Below, piece after piece: positions 30,110-42,079 of a DNA stretch of 64,000 nt. The first letter of the stretch is position 1. Every line of letters starts with the position of its first letter. The position numbers were made by a program, and so were the translations under genes. This stretch comes from an uncultured delta proteobacterium (GTDB taxonomy: Bacteria; Desulfobacterota; Desulfobacteria; Desulfobacterales; JAFDCJ01): assembly GCA_963769935.1 (NCBI GenBank), contig CAVYNY010000013.1:64001-128000 (forward strand), in the 5' to 3' direction. The notes beneath the pieces are model-generated. The model made no database searches. It had not been told where the DNA came from and worked only from the letters and a program-made list of their open reading frames with translations.

Positions 30110-31668
30110 TTATTTCACCATGTAAACCGGAGCGTAATTTAATTGCAGCGTGGGCGAGATCATAAGGCCTCTGATATTCTTCCGGGCGAACAGGTACAAA
30201 CTGCCTTGAAAGATGGGAGCCGTCGGCACCTGCTGGGTCCACATCTGCTGGATTTTCTTGAAGATTTTGGCGCGCGCCGCCTCGTCGGGGTCCTTTTGCT
30301 CTTCAACAAACATCGCATCCCATTTTGGGTCGGAGAAGTAAATTCCATTTCCCTTGGATCCGGCGGTCCCGGCAAACGCAGCCGTGTAGTTATCCGGATC
30401 GAGGTAGTCCGGATACCAGCCCAGCAGATAGACCGGCATCACCTGATTGCGCCAGTTTTCTTTATAAGTGGCCCATTCCGCCGACTTGACATCGACCGCC
30501 ATCACCCCGGTAGCCTCGAACTGGGCCTTGAGAACCGCCGCCATGTCAACTTCGGTGTCGCCGTAATGACTCGGGGTATACCAGAAGTCAAACTTGAGCT
30601 TGTTATTGGCGTTGAAGCCGGCTTTGGCCAGAAGCGCCTTAGACTTTTCGATATTGCCGTCGCCGAAGGCTTTTTTGAAATCATCCTCATGCGTCCACAT
30701 GCCTGCAGGCACCATGGAGTAAAGCGGGGCATTCTGACCGAGAAACACTTTCTTAATGATTTCCGTCCTGTTGATGGCCGCTGCAACTCCCTGACGGACG
30801 ATTTCGTTGGTAAACGGGTCGATTTTGCATTGAAAGCACAGGTAGCGGATATACGGGCCCTGGCCCTTGATGGTTTTGATCTTTTCTGATTTTTCAAGAT
30901 CACTGACGTCCGAGGGGTTGAAAGACTTGAAAGCAAAATCAAGTTCTCCCTTTTCCAGGGCCAGCCGCATGGTAGTGGCATCGGCAAAATAGCGAATGAC
31001 GACCATGTCGTTTTTCGGTTTTGGTCCGTAAAATTCAGGGTTTTTCTCCATGACGACTTCCTGGTCGCGTTTGAACGAAACGACTTCATAGGGTCCCAGG
31101 CCCACCAACTTGCCGCCTTTTAGTTCAGTGGGGTCCTTCACAATTTTGTCCGGTGGGTATACGTTGGGATTTACGGGGTAGTAGGGCGGGGTGGCTACGA
31201 GGGAAGGGAAATACGCCACGGGATTTTTCAGAACAAATTTCACGCGATGCTGGTCCAGGACTTCCACCCGATCCACAAAGTCGGTTACCAGCCAGGACGG
31301 ATCGCCCTTGAGTCGCATCATGCGATCGATGGACCATTTGACTGTGTTGGCGTCAAACGGAGTCCCATCGGAAAATTTTACGCCTTTCCTGAGTGTGAAA
31401 ATGTAGCCTTTGCCCTCGTCCACAATCTGATACTTATCGGCCAGGTGGCGGCACCAGGTTGGTTTTCCCGGCCGGATACCCCATAAGTCCCTGATAAATG
31501 TTGTAGAAAATTTCCCAGGTGTGGAAGTCGTAGGCATTGGCCGGATCCATATCGGTCACCTTTTCGGTGGTGCCGTAGACCAGGGTGACTTTCGCAAAAC
31601 TGTTGGATGCAAGGAAAATCAGGCCCAAGGCCATAAAACACAACCAGCATCGATTTAATGAGTTTCAT
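30110..31668 (-). CDS. Peptide ABC transporter substrate-binding protein (family 5) with two apparent +1 indels
   Basis: Three track ORFs stitch into MKLIKSMLVVFMALGLIFLASNSFA-KVTL...DPANAYD...LVPHLADKY...LRKGVKFSDGTPF. Extra bases at 31635-31638 and 31447-31448; the repaired protein is 518 aa. Confidence 0.88.
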
Positions 31669-32064
31669 TTTCCATCCTCCTTTCTTTCCGTTACAGGGTT
31701 AGGCGGTTAAAATTCAATCGGTAAAAAAATCAGGTACAGGTCCTCCCCCATGCATCAGCGGGCGGGATGATTAATGAAAAGAAGTAATATCGGGGAAAGG
31801 GTTGGGTAAATCGGGCCGCAGCCTGCTGATTTAGAAAGTATCTTTTATATAAATTTACATGAATTGCAAGACTAAATTGATCCGCCCGGCGATTCCCGGC
31901 GAAAAGCACATATGTTCTTCGAAACACGGCACCCGCTGGAACCGGCATTGACATTCCAATTGGAGAAGGATATTGAGAAAGTAATAAACAATGTCAAAAT
32001 ATTTCGGATCTATCACTCAGAAGAAGTTAATCCAATAAATGAGGGATTTATCCTCAGGTGAAAA

Positions 32065-33072
32065 ATGCCTGCAGGATTGGAGGCAACATGCAAATCAAAG
32101 ACAAACCAGCTGCTTTATCTTTCCCAGGCTGATGTCGCAAATGTCGGTGTGACCATGGCCGAAATTATCGAATCCATGCAGGTCATGTTTCACGCCAAAG
32201 GAGAGGGCCGCACCGAGATGCCCCCCAAACCGGGCATTCACCCCGGCGGCGGCGACAGTTTCCTGCACGCCATGCCGGCCTGCATCCCGGATCTCAAATC
32301 CGCGGGTATCAAATGGGTCAGTGCTTTTCCGGAAAACCCCGCCAAGGGCCTGCCGTATATATCCGGCCTGGTAATCTTCAACGATTTTGAAACAGGCCTG
32401 CCCCTGGCGGTGATGGACTGCGTGTGGATCACCGCCAAAAGAACGGGAGCCGCCAGCGCGATCTCCGCCCGCCATCTGGCGCGCCCGGAATCTTCCGTGA
32501 TGGGAGTGTTGGGGTGCGGGGTTCAGGGACGCAGCCATGTGGAAGCCATGCAGGTACTGTTCCCCCTGAAAAAGGTCATGGTCTTCGACACGAAGCGGGA
32601 TGTCCAGGCGCAGTTTGCCGCGGAAGTGGGACGCAATTTCGAGCTGGAGGTTGTGCCGGTAAAAGATCCGCAGGAAGCCGTCAGCGGCTGTGATATCGTG
32701 GTTACGGCCGGGCCCATGAAGAAAAAGCCCCACGGCACGATTCAGGCCGGCTGGCTGGATGCAGGCGCCTTCGCATCGCTGGTGGATTATGACTCCTACT
32801 GGCAGCCGGCGGCCATGCACGAGGCCGACAAATTTTGCACCGACGACCGGGCCCAGTTTCAGGCGACGCGGCAGGGAGGCTATTTCCCGGATATTCCGGA
32901 AATTCACGCCGACTTGGGCGAGCTGGCCACCGGCCGGAAGCCGGGGCGCGAGACGCCCGCAGAACGCACCATGACCGCCAACCTGGGGCTGGCGTTGAAT
33001 GACATGGCGGTCGCGCCGTTGATTTACCGGAAAGCGAAGGAAAAAGGTATTGGGACGTGGCTGTCTCTCTAG
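32065..33072 (+). CDS. Ornithine cyclodeaminase / mu-crystallin family protein
   Basis: HAMPA, GIKWVS, ITAKRTGAAS, GCGVQG and GLALNDMA. Start uncertain: an out-of-frame GGAGG-CAAC-ATG lies at 32088. Confidence 0.9.
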   Translation: MPAGLEATCKSKTNQLLYLSQADVANVGVTMAEIIESMQVMFHAKGEGRTEMPPKPGIHPGGGDSFLHAMPACIPDLKSAGIKWVSAFPENPAKGLPYISGLVIFNDFETGLPLAVMDCVWITAKRTGAASAISARHLARPESSVMGVLGCGVQGRSHVEAMQVLFPLKKVMVFDTKRDVQAQFAAEVGRNFELEVVPVKDPQEAVSGCDIVVTAGPMKKKPHGTIQAGWLDAGAFASLVDYDSYWQPAAMHEADKFCTDDRAQFQATRQGGYFPDIPEIHADLGELATGRKPGRETPAERTMTANLGLALNDMAVAPLIYRKAKEKGIGTWLSL

Positions 33073-33176
33073 TTTTGCGTCCCGGAAATCCGTTAAAAAA
33101 ATATGTTTCGAATTTCGATATACGTGCTTTGGATTTAGTTCCCTTATTTTGAATTCATTATAGAAAGCTCACAAGC

Positions 33177-34352
33177 ATGATGAACAGCAAAGAATATGAT
33201 GTAATTATAATCGGCGGCGGCATCATGGGCAGTTCCACCGCCTATAATCTCATGAAAGCCGACAAAGCACTCAAAGTGGCCGTAATTGAACCGGACCCTT
33301 CGTACGCCCGGGCGTCTACCACCCTGTCCCTGAGCAATGTTCGCATTCAGTTCAGTCTCAAAGAAAATATCCAGATTTCCCGGTATACCATGGAGGTACT
33401 GGACCGATTCGCAGAGGAAATGACGGTAGAGGACCGCGTACCCAAAGTATACTTTCATCGTGAAGGCAATCTGTTCCTTGTCGATCGCGACAACCGGGCC
33501 GCTGCCGAACGGGCTTTTAATTTGCAAAAAGAGCTGGGCTGCCGGATCGAGTGGTGGCCGCCGGAAAAAATCAGGGAGCAATACCCGCTGTATGAGCCGG
33601 GCCAACTTGTCGGCGGCACATTCGGCCCCGACGACGGTCACATCGATGCCTATGCCATGCTGATGGCCTATAAGGCCAAGGCCAGGTCCTGGGCGGCGAA
33701 ATACATCAGCGATGAGGTTGCGCAAATTCGGACGGCCGGCGACAGGGTGACCGGAGTGGCGCTCGCGGACGGCCGGACCTTGAGCGCGGGGCATGTGATC
33801 GACTGCGCCGGTGCCTGGGCGGCCCGGATCGCGGAATCAGCCGGAGTAAAATTGCCCGTGGTTCCCATCAAACGTCAGGTATTTGCACTGGACACGGCCG
33901 TCAAGCCCGAGCGTCCCCTGCCGTTAACCGTGTTGCCGTCGGGAATGTACTTTCGATCCGAAACCGGAGGACTCATACTGCTTGGCAAATCAATGGATGA
34001 CGATGCGGCGGGGTTTAATTTTTCCTGGGATGAAAAACGCTTTCAGGAGATTTTGTGGCCCGAACTGGCGGAATTCGTCCCGGCCTTTGACAGGCTTAAA
34101 CTGGTCAGAGGCTGGGCCGGACTTTATGCCGTCAATACCCTGGACGGCAATGCCATTCTGGGAGAATGGCCGGAGCTCAACGGTTTTTATCTGGCCAACG
34201 GCTTTTCCGGGCACGGTCTGCAGCAGGCCCCGGCGGTGGGCCGCTATCTGGCCGAACTCATTCTGAAACAACCGTTGTCGCTGGATCTTGCAATATTCAG
34301 CCCGCAGCGGATTCTGGAAAACAAACCGTTGAGCGAAGGGGGGTTGGTTTGA
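33177..34352 (+). CDS. FAD-dependent oxidoreductase, DAO / sarcosine oxidase beta family
   Basis: IIGGGIMG, CAGAWA, WAGLY and NGFSGHGLQQAPAVG. Confidence 0.9.
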   Translation: MMNSKEYDVIIIGGGIMGSSTAYNLMKADKALKVAVIEPDPSYARASTTLSLSNVRIQFSLKENIQISRYTMEVLDRFAEEMTVEDRVPKVYFHREGNLFLVDRDNRAAAERAFNLQKELGCRIEWWPPEKIREQYPLYEPGQLVGGTFGPDDGHIDAYAMLMAYKAKARSWAAKYISDEVAQIRTAGDRVTGVALADGRTLSAGHVIDCAGAWAARIAESAGVKLPVVPIKRQVFALDTAVKPERPLPLTVLPSGMYFRSETGGLILLGKSMDDDAAGFNFSWDEKRFQEILWPELAEFVPAFDRLKLVRGWAGLYAVNTLDGNAILGEWPELNGFYLANGFSGHGLQQAPAVGRYLAELILKQPLSLDLAIFSPQRILENKPLSEGGLV

Positions 34353-34640
34353 AATTGGTTGGGTTAACGCTATAATCGCCTAAAATATTGCATTATATTG
34401 TTTTGACATCCGGGGTTGAGAGCTGTTATGGATACGCCAAAAATATTCCCCAAGTCCGGCAAATGATATAGCGACTGGGTTGACAATCTTGACGTAAAAT
34501 GATTATAAAGCCGATCTATCGCCTGATTTTATCAAAGCAGGCGAATGGGACCAAAACCACAAACTCCAGATAGAATTGCGTGATTGATTATTCGATTGTT
34601 TCGCTAATTGTAAATTTGGAGACCATCCGGGTCGATTGCT

Positions 34641-35415
34641 ATGGCTGAACTAATTCTGGAAAATGTGTCGAAGCGATTCGGCGGTTTGCTGGCGGTCAAC
34701 AAGCTGGACATGAAGGTGCCCGCAGGCACAATACTAAGCCTGATCGGTCCCAACGGCGCCGGCAAAACCACCGTGTTCAACATAATTACCGGCGTTTACC
34801 CCCCCACCGACGGCAAAATTTCCTACAGAGGTAAAACGCTGAACAACCTGAAGAGCCATCGTATCATTTCCCAGGGGATTGCCAGAACTTTTCAGAACAT
34901 CCGGCTGTTCAAATCCATGACAGTCCTTGAAAATGTTCAGGTCGGGAATGCACTGCCGCACCCGCAGCGGTGCAGCAAGGGCCCTGCTGAAAACGCGCAG
35001 TGAAAAGCGTGAGGAAAGGGAAATAACGGAAAAATCGCGGGAAATTTTGAACTTTTTCGGTTTGATCGGTCATCAAAACGACTACGCATCCAACCTGGCT
35101 TATGGTGAACAGCGGCGCCTGGAAATCGCCAGGGCCCTGGCCACACAGCCGGAATTACTGCTTTTGGATGAGCCGGCGGCCGGCATGAATCCCAAAGAGA
35201 CCGCTGAACTGATGGAGTTGATCCTCAAGCTGCGGGATACGGGTTTGACCATTTTTCTGGTGGAACATGACATGCGTCTGGTTATGGGGATTTCGGAAAT
35301 CGTAACCGTACTTGATTACGGCCAAAAAATCGCAGAGGGAACCCCCAAGGAAATCCAGCAGAACGAAAAAGTTATTGAAGCCTACCTGGGAACCGGCGCC
35401 AAAGCGCGGAATTAG
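34641..35415 (+). CDS. livG: Branched-chain amino acid ABC ATPase with a +1 indel at 34944-34948
   Basis: GPNGAGKTT and RTFQNIRLF in frame 1; LAYGEQRRLEIARAL, DEPAAGMN and EAYLG in frame 2. Repaired length 257 aa. Confidence 0.88.
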
Positions 35416-35474
35416 GCTTTGTCCGAAAGATCTTTTGGCTGATTTAGGTCAATAATATTACTAAGGCTTTTGTA

Positions 35475-35636
35475 AAATCCGGATATCGAAATCCGAAATC
35501 CGAAAAAATATTAAAATCCGAATATTTAAAATCCAAAACGAGGAAATTCTGGAACTCAAATAAACCGTTTTGGTCATTCAAATAAATTGATCATTGGCAT
35601 TTGTTTCGAATTTCGGTATTCGATTTTCGGATTTTT
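35475..35636. repeat. Gene-less inverted-repeat element (AAATCCG-type 7-mers) inside the liv operon
   Basis: AAATCCG GATATCG AAATCCG AAATCCG ... TTTCGAATTTCGGTATTCGATTTTCGGATTT; related single arms at 33106-33137 and 59434-59455. Confidence 0.8.
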
Positions 35637-35720
35637 TCCGCTGTACCAGGAAATAAAAAATATCCTGGGTATTTAATCAAGCTGTTAAAAGGGACAACAT
35701 TTAAAAAAGGAGGTAGCATC

Positions 35721-36845
35721 ATGAAAAAGGGTGGAATTCTCGTTCTGTGTTTAGCCTTGGTTCTGGGTTTTCAGAGTATGGTTCTGGCCAAGACTTTGAA
35801 AATCGGTACCTTGAGCCCCCTGACCGGGCCCTACGCCCAAGACGGCACGGACATTCTGCAGGGTGTCAAAACGGCAGTAGCCGTCTTCGGACCGGTTAAG
35901 GGCTACGATAAAGTCGAAGTCCTCCCCGGCGACAGCGCCTGTGACGGCGGCAAAGCCACCATGGCCGCCAATAAGCTGATCAACAGCGGCGTGGACGTTG
36001 TCATCGGTGCCTACTGTTCCTCGGCCACCGAACCGGCGCAGATACCGCTGATGGATGCCAAGATTGTTATGATTACCCCGGCTTCGACCAACGAACGTTT
36101 GACGGCCAAAGGCGACAAGTATTTCTTCCGGATGCCGCCCAGAGACGACGTCCAGGCCTGGTCGACGGTTCAGTTTATCGAGAAAAAGCTGAAAGCCAAA
36201 ACCCTGGCGCTGATCGATGACAAACAGACCTACACCGCCGGCCTGACCGCCAATATCACCAAATTCGCCAAAGAGGGCAACAAGATAAAAATCGTGGCCC
36301 ATGAGTACATCACCCCCGGCGACAGCGACTTTACCGCAGTCCTGACCAAATTGAAGCGGATCAATCCCGACGTCATCTACATGGGTGTCTATCAGCCCGA
36401 AGGCTCCAAAATGATCCAGCAGGCCCGCAAGCTGGGCATGAACAACATCTTCATCTCTGAGGATGCTGTTTATCATCCGAAGTTTTTGGAAGTGGGCGGT
36501 CCGGCGGCCGAAGGCGTTTACCTGACCTTTGCCAAAACCCCTGAAACCCCCGCAAAAGAGCAATTTATCAAGACCTACAAAGCCATGTGGAATGTCGACG
36601 CCGTCGGCACCTACGCTTACTTTGCGTATGACGCGGGCATGATGGCCCTGGCGGCCATTCAAAAAGCCGGGACCACCAACGGGGATGCGCTGCAAAAAAC
36701 CATCCGCGGCAACACCTGGCCGGGTGTAACCGGGGAAATCAAGTTTGATGCCAATGGCGACCGCAAACTGGCCCATATCATCTGGGTCGTCAAGGACAAT
36801 AAGTTTGTACCCTACTGGGATCCGCTGACCGGCAAGGACCTGTAA
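35721..36845 (+). CDS. Branched-chain amino acid ABC substrate-binding protein (LivK/LivJ-like)
   Basis: RBS AAGGAGG, ATG 35721, signal peptide, PLTGPYA, GAYCSS, FFRM and FDANGD. Confidence 0.93.
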   Translation: MKKGGILVLCLALVLGFQSMVLAKTLKIGTLSPLTGPYAQDGTDILQGVKTAVAVFGPVKGYDKVEVLPGDSACDGGKATMAANKLINSGVDVVIGAYCSSATEPAQIPLMDAKIVMITPASTNERLTAKGDKYFFRMPPRDDVQAWSTVQFIEKKLKAKTLALIDDKQTYTAGLTANITKFAKEGNKIKIVAHEYITPGDSDFTAVLTKLKRINPDVIYMGVYQPEGSKMIQQARKLGMNNIFISEDAVYHPKFLEVGGPAAEGVYLTFAKTPETPAKEQFIKTYKAMWNVDAVGTYAYFAYDAGMMALAAIQKAGTTNGDALQKTIRGNTWPGVTGEIKFDANGDRKLAHIIWVVKDNKFVPYWDPLTGKDL

Positions 36846-36856
36846 TCTGTAAACCA

Positions 36857-36881
36857 GACCGGGTGCCGTTGGTGCCCGGTC
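36857..36881 (+). terminator. Hairpin after the binding-protein gene
   Basis: GACCGGG...CCCGGTC followed by CGTCTTT. Confidence 0.55.
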
Positions 36882-36912
36882 CGTCTTTATAGGGTAGCGG
36901 ATAGAAGACAGA

Positions 36913-37345
36913 TTGAACGTCGAACATCGAACGCTCAATATTAATGGCGCTGCTCTTTATTTATACTTAAAAAAGCCAACCGCAAAATTTCAAATGATCG
37001 GTTAGCTCGCGCAACGCACTCGCCGCCTGTTGCTAAGTTTTTTTTTAATTGGCAGAATACCATATTCGATGTTGGACGTTTCACGCCTTGGCGTGATTCA
37101 GTGTTCGACCTGCCCGCAATGCCTTGAAAGCGGTGTGTGTCCAAATGGAACTTTTGATTTATATATCCTTGCTTACGCCAACCCAACGACCTATGCATGG
37201 CAGGCGGGCGTTCATTAGTTTTTTTTTCGATCAAACTGGTCACCCTAAAATATAAAATTCGGCGGCCAGCGGTTGGGCTGACTTCTGTCATTTGACATCT
37301 GTCTTCTGCCATCTGACTTCTGTGTTCAGACATCTGACTTCTGTA
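36913..37345. repeat. Composite of degenerate 7-mer repeat elements
   Basis: GAACGTC GAACATC GAACGCT arm with inverse TTCGATGTTGGACGTT, and a (CTTCTGT/CATCTGA)n tract at 37281-37345. Confidence 0.7.
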
Positions 37346-37369
37346 ATCTAGGGAAGGATTTCAAACCCA

Positions 37370-38290
37370 ATGGATCTGTCCTCTTTTTTACTTCAGCAAA
37401 TCATCAATGCCGTTTTTCTCGGCAGCATATACGCCCTGATTGCCCTTGGCTACACCATGGTGTACGGCATCATTGAACTGATCAATTTTGCCCACGGTGA
37501 ATTATTTACGGCCGGAGCCTTTATCGGGGTCATCGTCCTGACGGCCCTGCAGCAGATCGGATTTGTGGACTCCCATTTCGTCCTCACCTTGATTATCGTG
37601 TTTGCCCTGGCAATGGCTTATGTGGCGGTTTTGGGTGTGGCCCTGGAACATGTCGCCTATAAGCCTTTGCGCGCATCCTCCCGGCTGTCGGCGCTTTTAA
37701 GTGCGCTGGGCATGTCAATTTTCCTGTCCAACGGCATGATGCTCAGCCAGGGAGTTTCCGATCGCGCTTATCCCCAGGTTTTCGGCCTCGAAGGCATCGA
37801 GATTATGGGCGCCAGAATCACGAACGGCCAGGTTTTCATAATTTTGCTGGCTGTCGCCCTGATGGTCGGATTGCAGCTGTTCGTTCACCGCACGCGGCTG
37901 GGCAAGGCCATGCGGGCGACCGCCCAGAACAAAACCATGGCCCGCATCCTGGGGATCGACATCGATCAAACCATTCGGATAACCTTTATGATCGGTCCGG
38001 CCCTGGGCGCTGCCGCGGGCGTGATGGTGGGCCTCTATTACGGCGCGGTCCGATTCGACATGGGGTTTATTTTCATGATCAAGGCTTTTGCGGCAGCCAT
38101 ATTGGGAGGCATCGGTTCGATTCCCGGCGCGATGGTAGGCGGGTTGATTATCGGCACCATTGAAGTGATGTGGGCCGCTTTCCTGCCCAGTGCCTGGAAG
38201 GATGTGACGACATTCACGGTGCTGATTTTGGTTCTTTACTTCAGACCCGCCGGTCTCCTGGGTGAAAGCTCCACGGAGGTGCGCGTCTAA
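37370..38290 (+). CDS. livH: Branched-chain amino acid ABC permease
   Basis: GSIYALIALGYTMVYGIIELINFAHG, TRLGKAMRA and AAILGGIG. Confidence 0.93.
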   Translation: MDLSSFLLQQIINAVFLGSIYALIALGYTMVYGIIELINFAHGELFTAGAFIGVIVLTALQQIGFVDSHFVLTLIIVFALAMAYVAVLGVALEHVAYKPLRASSRLSALLSALGMSIFLSNGMMLSQGVSDRAYPQVFGLEGIEIMGARITNGQVFIILLAVALMVGLQLFVHRTRLGKAMRATAQNKTMARILGIDIDQTIRITFMIGPALGAAAGVMVGLYYGAVRFDMGFIFMIKAFAAAILGGIGSIPGAMVGGLIIGTIEVMWAAFLPSAWKDVTTFTVLILVLYFRPAGLLGESSTEVRV

Positions 38291-39516
38291 TGATACGGCA
38301 AGAACTCAAAAAACTCGTTGTCTACGGTATCTTCCTGGCCATCCTGATCATTCCGATGCTCGGATTCAAAAGCCCGACGTTTGAACCCGGCCGGGCTTTT
38401 AAGACGCTGGGTGTTTTTATGGCGGTCCTCGTTTTAAACTTTGGCGTTAAAATATTCCGCGGCCGGCAAAAAGATCAGGCCGAACGAAAAACGCCTCTGA
38501 CCGAGCGTATCGGTGAACAAATCAATCGCTTCCCCCGAATCTACACGCTGGGCGGGCTGCTGGCGGCGGCCGCAATTTTCCCGCTGTTTGCCGACAACTA
38601 TATGATCGATGTCGGTATTACCTGCCTGATCTATGTCTGCCTGGGTCTGGGATTGAACATCGTGGTCGGCCTGTGCGGATTGCTGGATCTTGGTTATATC
38701 GCCTTTTACGCTGTCGGGGCTTACACCTATTCGCTGCTGAACCTTACCTACGGGGTGTCATTCTGGGCGGCATTGCCCATCGGTGTTGTTCTGGGCATGG
38801 TGGTCGGCTGCATCATCGGCTATCCGACATTGAAGATGCGCGGCGACTATCTGGCCATCGTCACCATGGGCTTCGGTGAGATTGTGCGCCTGGTGCTCAA
38901 CAACTGGGATTCCCTGACCGCCGGACCCAACGGCCTCTTCGGCATGAAGCGGCCCGCTTTGTATTATCCCAGCTTTGCGGATGACGGATTCGCCTGGGCG
39001 GCCTATTATCTTAAATCCTTGCCGGCCCTGTATTATCTTATCCTGGCAATCGCAATCCTGACCATTATCGCCGTCCGGCGCCTGGACCATTCGCGCGTCG
39101 GCCGGGCCTGGATCGCGATTCGCGAGGATGAAGTGGCGGCGGAACTTTCCGGTGTGCCGACCACCTGGATCAAATTGCTGGCATATGCCCTGGGCGCTGC
39201 ATTTGCCTCGGTGGCGGGGGCCTTTTTCGCCGCCAAGTTGAGCTACACCAACCCCAACTTCTTTATATTCATGGAATCCTGCATCGTGCTGAGCATCGTG
39301 GTACTGGGGGGAATCGGCAGCATTCCGGGCGTTATTGTCGCCGCCTTCATTCTGATCGCCGCCCCTGAAATTTTCCGGGGCCTGCAAAATTATCGCATGC
39401 TGGCCTTCGGCGGCATCATGGCCGCCATGATGGTCCTCAAGCCTGAAGGATTAATTCCGGCGTCGCGCCGCCAGCGTGAATTGCACGAAGGCAACGAGCC
39501 TAAACCCAAGGACTGA
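38290..39516 (+). CDS. livM: Branched-chain amino acid ABC permease
   Basis: GLNIVVGLCGLLDLGY, RGDYLAIVTMGFGEI and GRAWIAIREDE. Confidence 0.93.
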   Translation: MIRQELKKLVVYGIFLAILIIPMLGFKSPTFEPGRAFKTLGVFMAVLVLNFGVKIFRGRQKDQAERKTPLTERIGEQINRFPRIYTLGGLLAAAAIFPLFADNYMIDVGITCLIYVCLGLGLNIVVGLCGLLDLGYIAFYAVGAYTYSLLNLTYGVSFWAALPIGVVLGMVVGCIIGYPTLKMRGDYLAIVTMGFGEIVRLVLNNWDSLTAGPNGLFGMKRPALYYPSFADDGFAWAAYYLKSLPALYYLILAIAILTIIAVRRLDHSRVGRAWIAIREDEVAAELSGVPTTWIKLLAYALGAAFASVAGAFFAAKLSYTNPNFFIFMESCIVLSIVVLGGIGSIPGVIVAAFILIAAPEIFRGLQNYRMLAFGGIMAAMMVLKPEGLIPASRRQRELHEGNEPKPKD

Positions 39517-39520
39517 CACG

Positions 39521-40243
<723 letters not shown>

Positions 40244-40249
40244 GTTAAA

Positions 40250-40408
40250 GTGGGATGTGGGAATGCGGAAGGTAAGAAGGTGGGAAGGTAAGAGGGTAAG
40301 AGGGTGAGAATTTGGGAAGTTGGGAAGATTAATTCCGATATAGCCTAATCAACTCAATCAATTCAGTCAACCTAATCAACCCAATAAACATAATCAACTT
40401 AATCAACG
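40250..40408. repeat. Purine-rich 8-mer tract and (C)TAATCAAC 9-mer tract
   Basis: GGAAGGTA AGAAGGTG GGAAGGTA AGAGGGTA AGAGGGTG, then about 7 copies of xxAATCAAC. Confidence 0.8.
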
Positions 40409-40428
40409 AACTTATCGGAGGTAGTTCC

Positions 40429-40635
40429 GTGAAACAGCAGTCCCGCTGGGAAAAATGCCGGATTAAATGTCCGGAAGATAAAGTCGACGCCGAGCTTCTA
40501 GTCGAATGGCGCGAAAAGGACGGCAAATTCGTTCCAAACAGCATCAGCTGCAACAACTCCAAATTGATGGATCTCAAACCCGTCGATTGTCAGTGGTCCT
40601 GCTGGGAGGAAGTCGAAAAAGGCAGGAAAATTTGA
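40429..40635 (+). CDS. Small Cys-rich hypothetical protein
   Basis: RBS GGAGG, GTG start, 68 aa, five Cys (CxxxC...C...CxxxC). Confidence 0.65.
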   Translation: MKQQSRWEKCRIKCPEDKVDAELLVEWREKDGKFVPNSISCNNSKLMDLKPVDCQWSCWEEVEKGRKI

Positions 40636-40807
40636 AGCTATATTTGGCTGTTCAAATTACTCAACTTTGAAACCGGCTTTCCAATTACCGGAATTTTTCT
40701 TTAAGCGCATGCAGCTATAATAAATTTTAAAAAAATAATGCGCCGCATAAAATAATTAATCCGCCACCACTGTTCATCGAAAATTCTTCAGTTTTCATAG
40801 AATAATG

Positions 40808-40841
40808 TCCGCCCTTGGATAATGTGCTTTCCAAGGGCGGA
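40808..40841 (-). terminator. Hairpin directly after msrAB
   Basis: TCCGCCCTTGGA / TCCAAGGGCGGA perfect 12-bp stem. Confidence 0.65.
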
Positions 40842-40845
40842 TTAA

Positions 40846-42003
40846 TTAATTGGAAGAGCTTTGCATATTGCTCGTAAAGAGCTTCGCATATTGCTCGTAA
40901 CCCTCTTCTTTTAATTTATCCTGCGGAATAAATCGCAGGGCCGCTGAGTTGAGGCAGTAACGCAAACCCGTGGGCGGCGGCCCGTCCGGAAATACATGGC
41001 CCAGGTGGGAATCGGCGTGTTTGCTCCTGACTTCGGTACGGACCATAAACAGGCTGCGGTCCTGATGCTCTACGATATTGCCGGGCTCCAGGGGTTTGGT
41101 GAAGCTGGGCCACCCGGTGCCGGAGTCGAATTTATCCGTGGAGCTGAACAACGGTTCACCGGAGACGATGTCGACGTAAATTCCCGGTTTATGGTTATCC
41201 CAGTACTCGTTGCGAAACGGCGGCTCGGTGCCTTCCTGCTGGGTAACATTATACTGCATGGGGGTCAATTTTTGCTTTAAAACGGCATCGTCCGGTTTCG
41301 TATAGCCGGTTCCGGCGGTAGCGGAAGTATTCTGCATCTTTTTGGGGGCAGCTGTTTCTTCTTTGCCCCAGACCTGCGCCAGGAATTGGTCGCGGCCGGA
41401 GCCATAACGGTAATACTTATAACGTAAGGGGTTTTTCTTGTAGTAATCCTGATGATACTCCTCGGCCGGATAAAACGGCCCCAGCTTGACGATTTCGGTG
41501 ACAATGGGTTTGTCGAACCGCCCGGACTGCGCCAGCTTGGCCTTGGATTCTTCGGCCAGACGTCGCTGTTCATCGTCCTGGTAGAAAATGGCGCTGCGGT
41601 ACTGGGTACCGCGGTCCACAAACTGTCCGCCCGCATCGGTCGGATCAATGTGTCGCCAGAAAACATCCAGCAGCTGCTCGTAAGAAACCTTGGCCGGATC
41701 ATATATCACCTGGATGGATTCCGCATGCCCCGTAACGCCGGAGCTCACTTCCTCGTAAGTCGGGTTCTCTGTATGTCCGCCGGTATATCCGGATATAACT
41801 TCCACCACTCCGTCCACTTTTTCAAAATCCGATTCCGTGCACCAGAAACATCCGCCGGCAAAGGTGGCTCGTTTCAAATTTTTATCGTCGTATTGTTTTT
41901 TCATATTGGCAGTTGCATCCTGCTTTTGACTTTTTGCTTGTTGAATGCCTATCAGCACCAATCCCAAAAGAATGATGATGCCGACCCGGATTGTAGTTTT
42001 CAT
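40846..42003 (-). CDS. msrAB: Exported bifunctional methionine sulfoxide reductase MsrA-MsrB
   Basis: RBS AGGAGG before ATG 42003; signal or anchor sequence; GGCFWC, GHAE and AEEYHQDYY (MsrA); [23 protein letters not shown] and RYCLNS (MsrB). Confidence 0.95.
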   Translation of the reverse strand: MKTTIRVGIIILLGLVLIGIQQAKSQKQDATANMKKQYDDKNLKRATFAGGCFWCTESDFEKVDGVVEVISGYTGGHTENPTYEEVSSGVTGHAESIQVIYDPAKVSYEQLLDVFWRHIDPTDAGGQFVDRGTQYRSAIFYQDDEQRRLAEESKAKLAQSGRFDKPIVTEIVKLGPFYPAEEYHQDYYKKNPLRYKYYRYGSGRDQFLAQVWGKEETAAPKKMQNTSATAGTGYTKPDDAVLKQKLTPMQYNVTQQEGTEPPFRNEYWDNHKPGIYVDIVSGEPLFSSTDKFDSGTGWPSFTKPLEPGNIVEHQDRSLFMVRTEVRSKHADSHLGHVFPDGPPPTGLRYCLNSAALRFIPQDKLKEEGYEQYAKLFTSNMQSSSN

Positions 42004-42079
42004 GTTAATCCTCCTGTTGCTCTCAATTAAACTGAGCAATGCTTTAAAAATAATAAGCAGCCGTTGCCGTCAATTCAAG

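Noticed and set aside
35751..36938. Long antisense ORFs (also 47839-48873, 52737-53885, 32095-32907, 30143-30889)
   Set aside because: They are shadows of well-supported genes on the other strand and have no recognisable motifs.
36941..37333. ORFs lying in repeat tracts (also 9548-9766, 42611-42853, 2931-3281, 48913-49143)
   Set aside because: They are translations of low-complexity repeat elements with no RBS or domain.
40250..40408. Tandem repeat tracts (here and elsewhere) as CRISPR arrays
   Set aside because: Units are 7-9 nt, degenerate and contiguous, with no spacers and no cas genes.
40633..40704. UGA read-through at the end of the small Cys-rich ORF and other TGA-ending genes
   Set aside because: No SECIS-like hairpin at the right distance, and the downstream peptide does not look protein-like.
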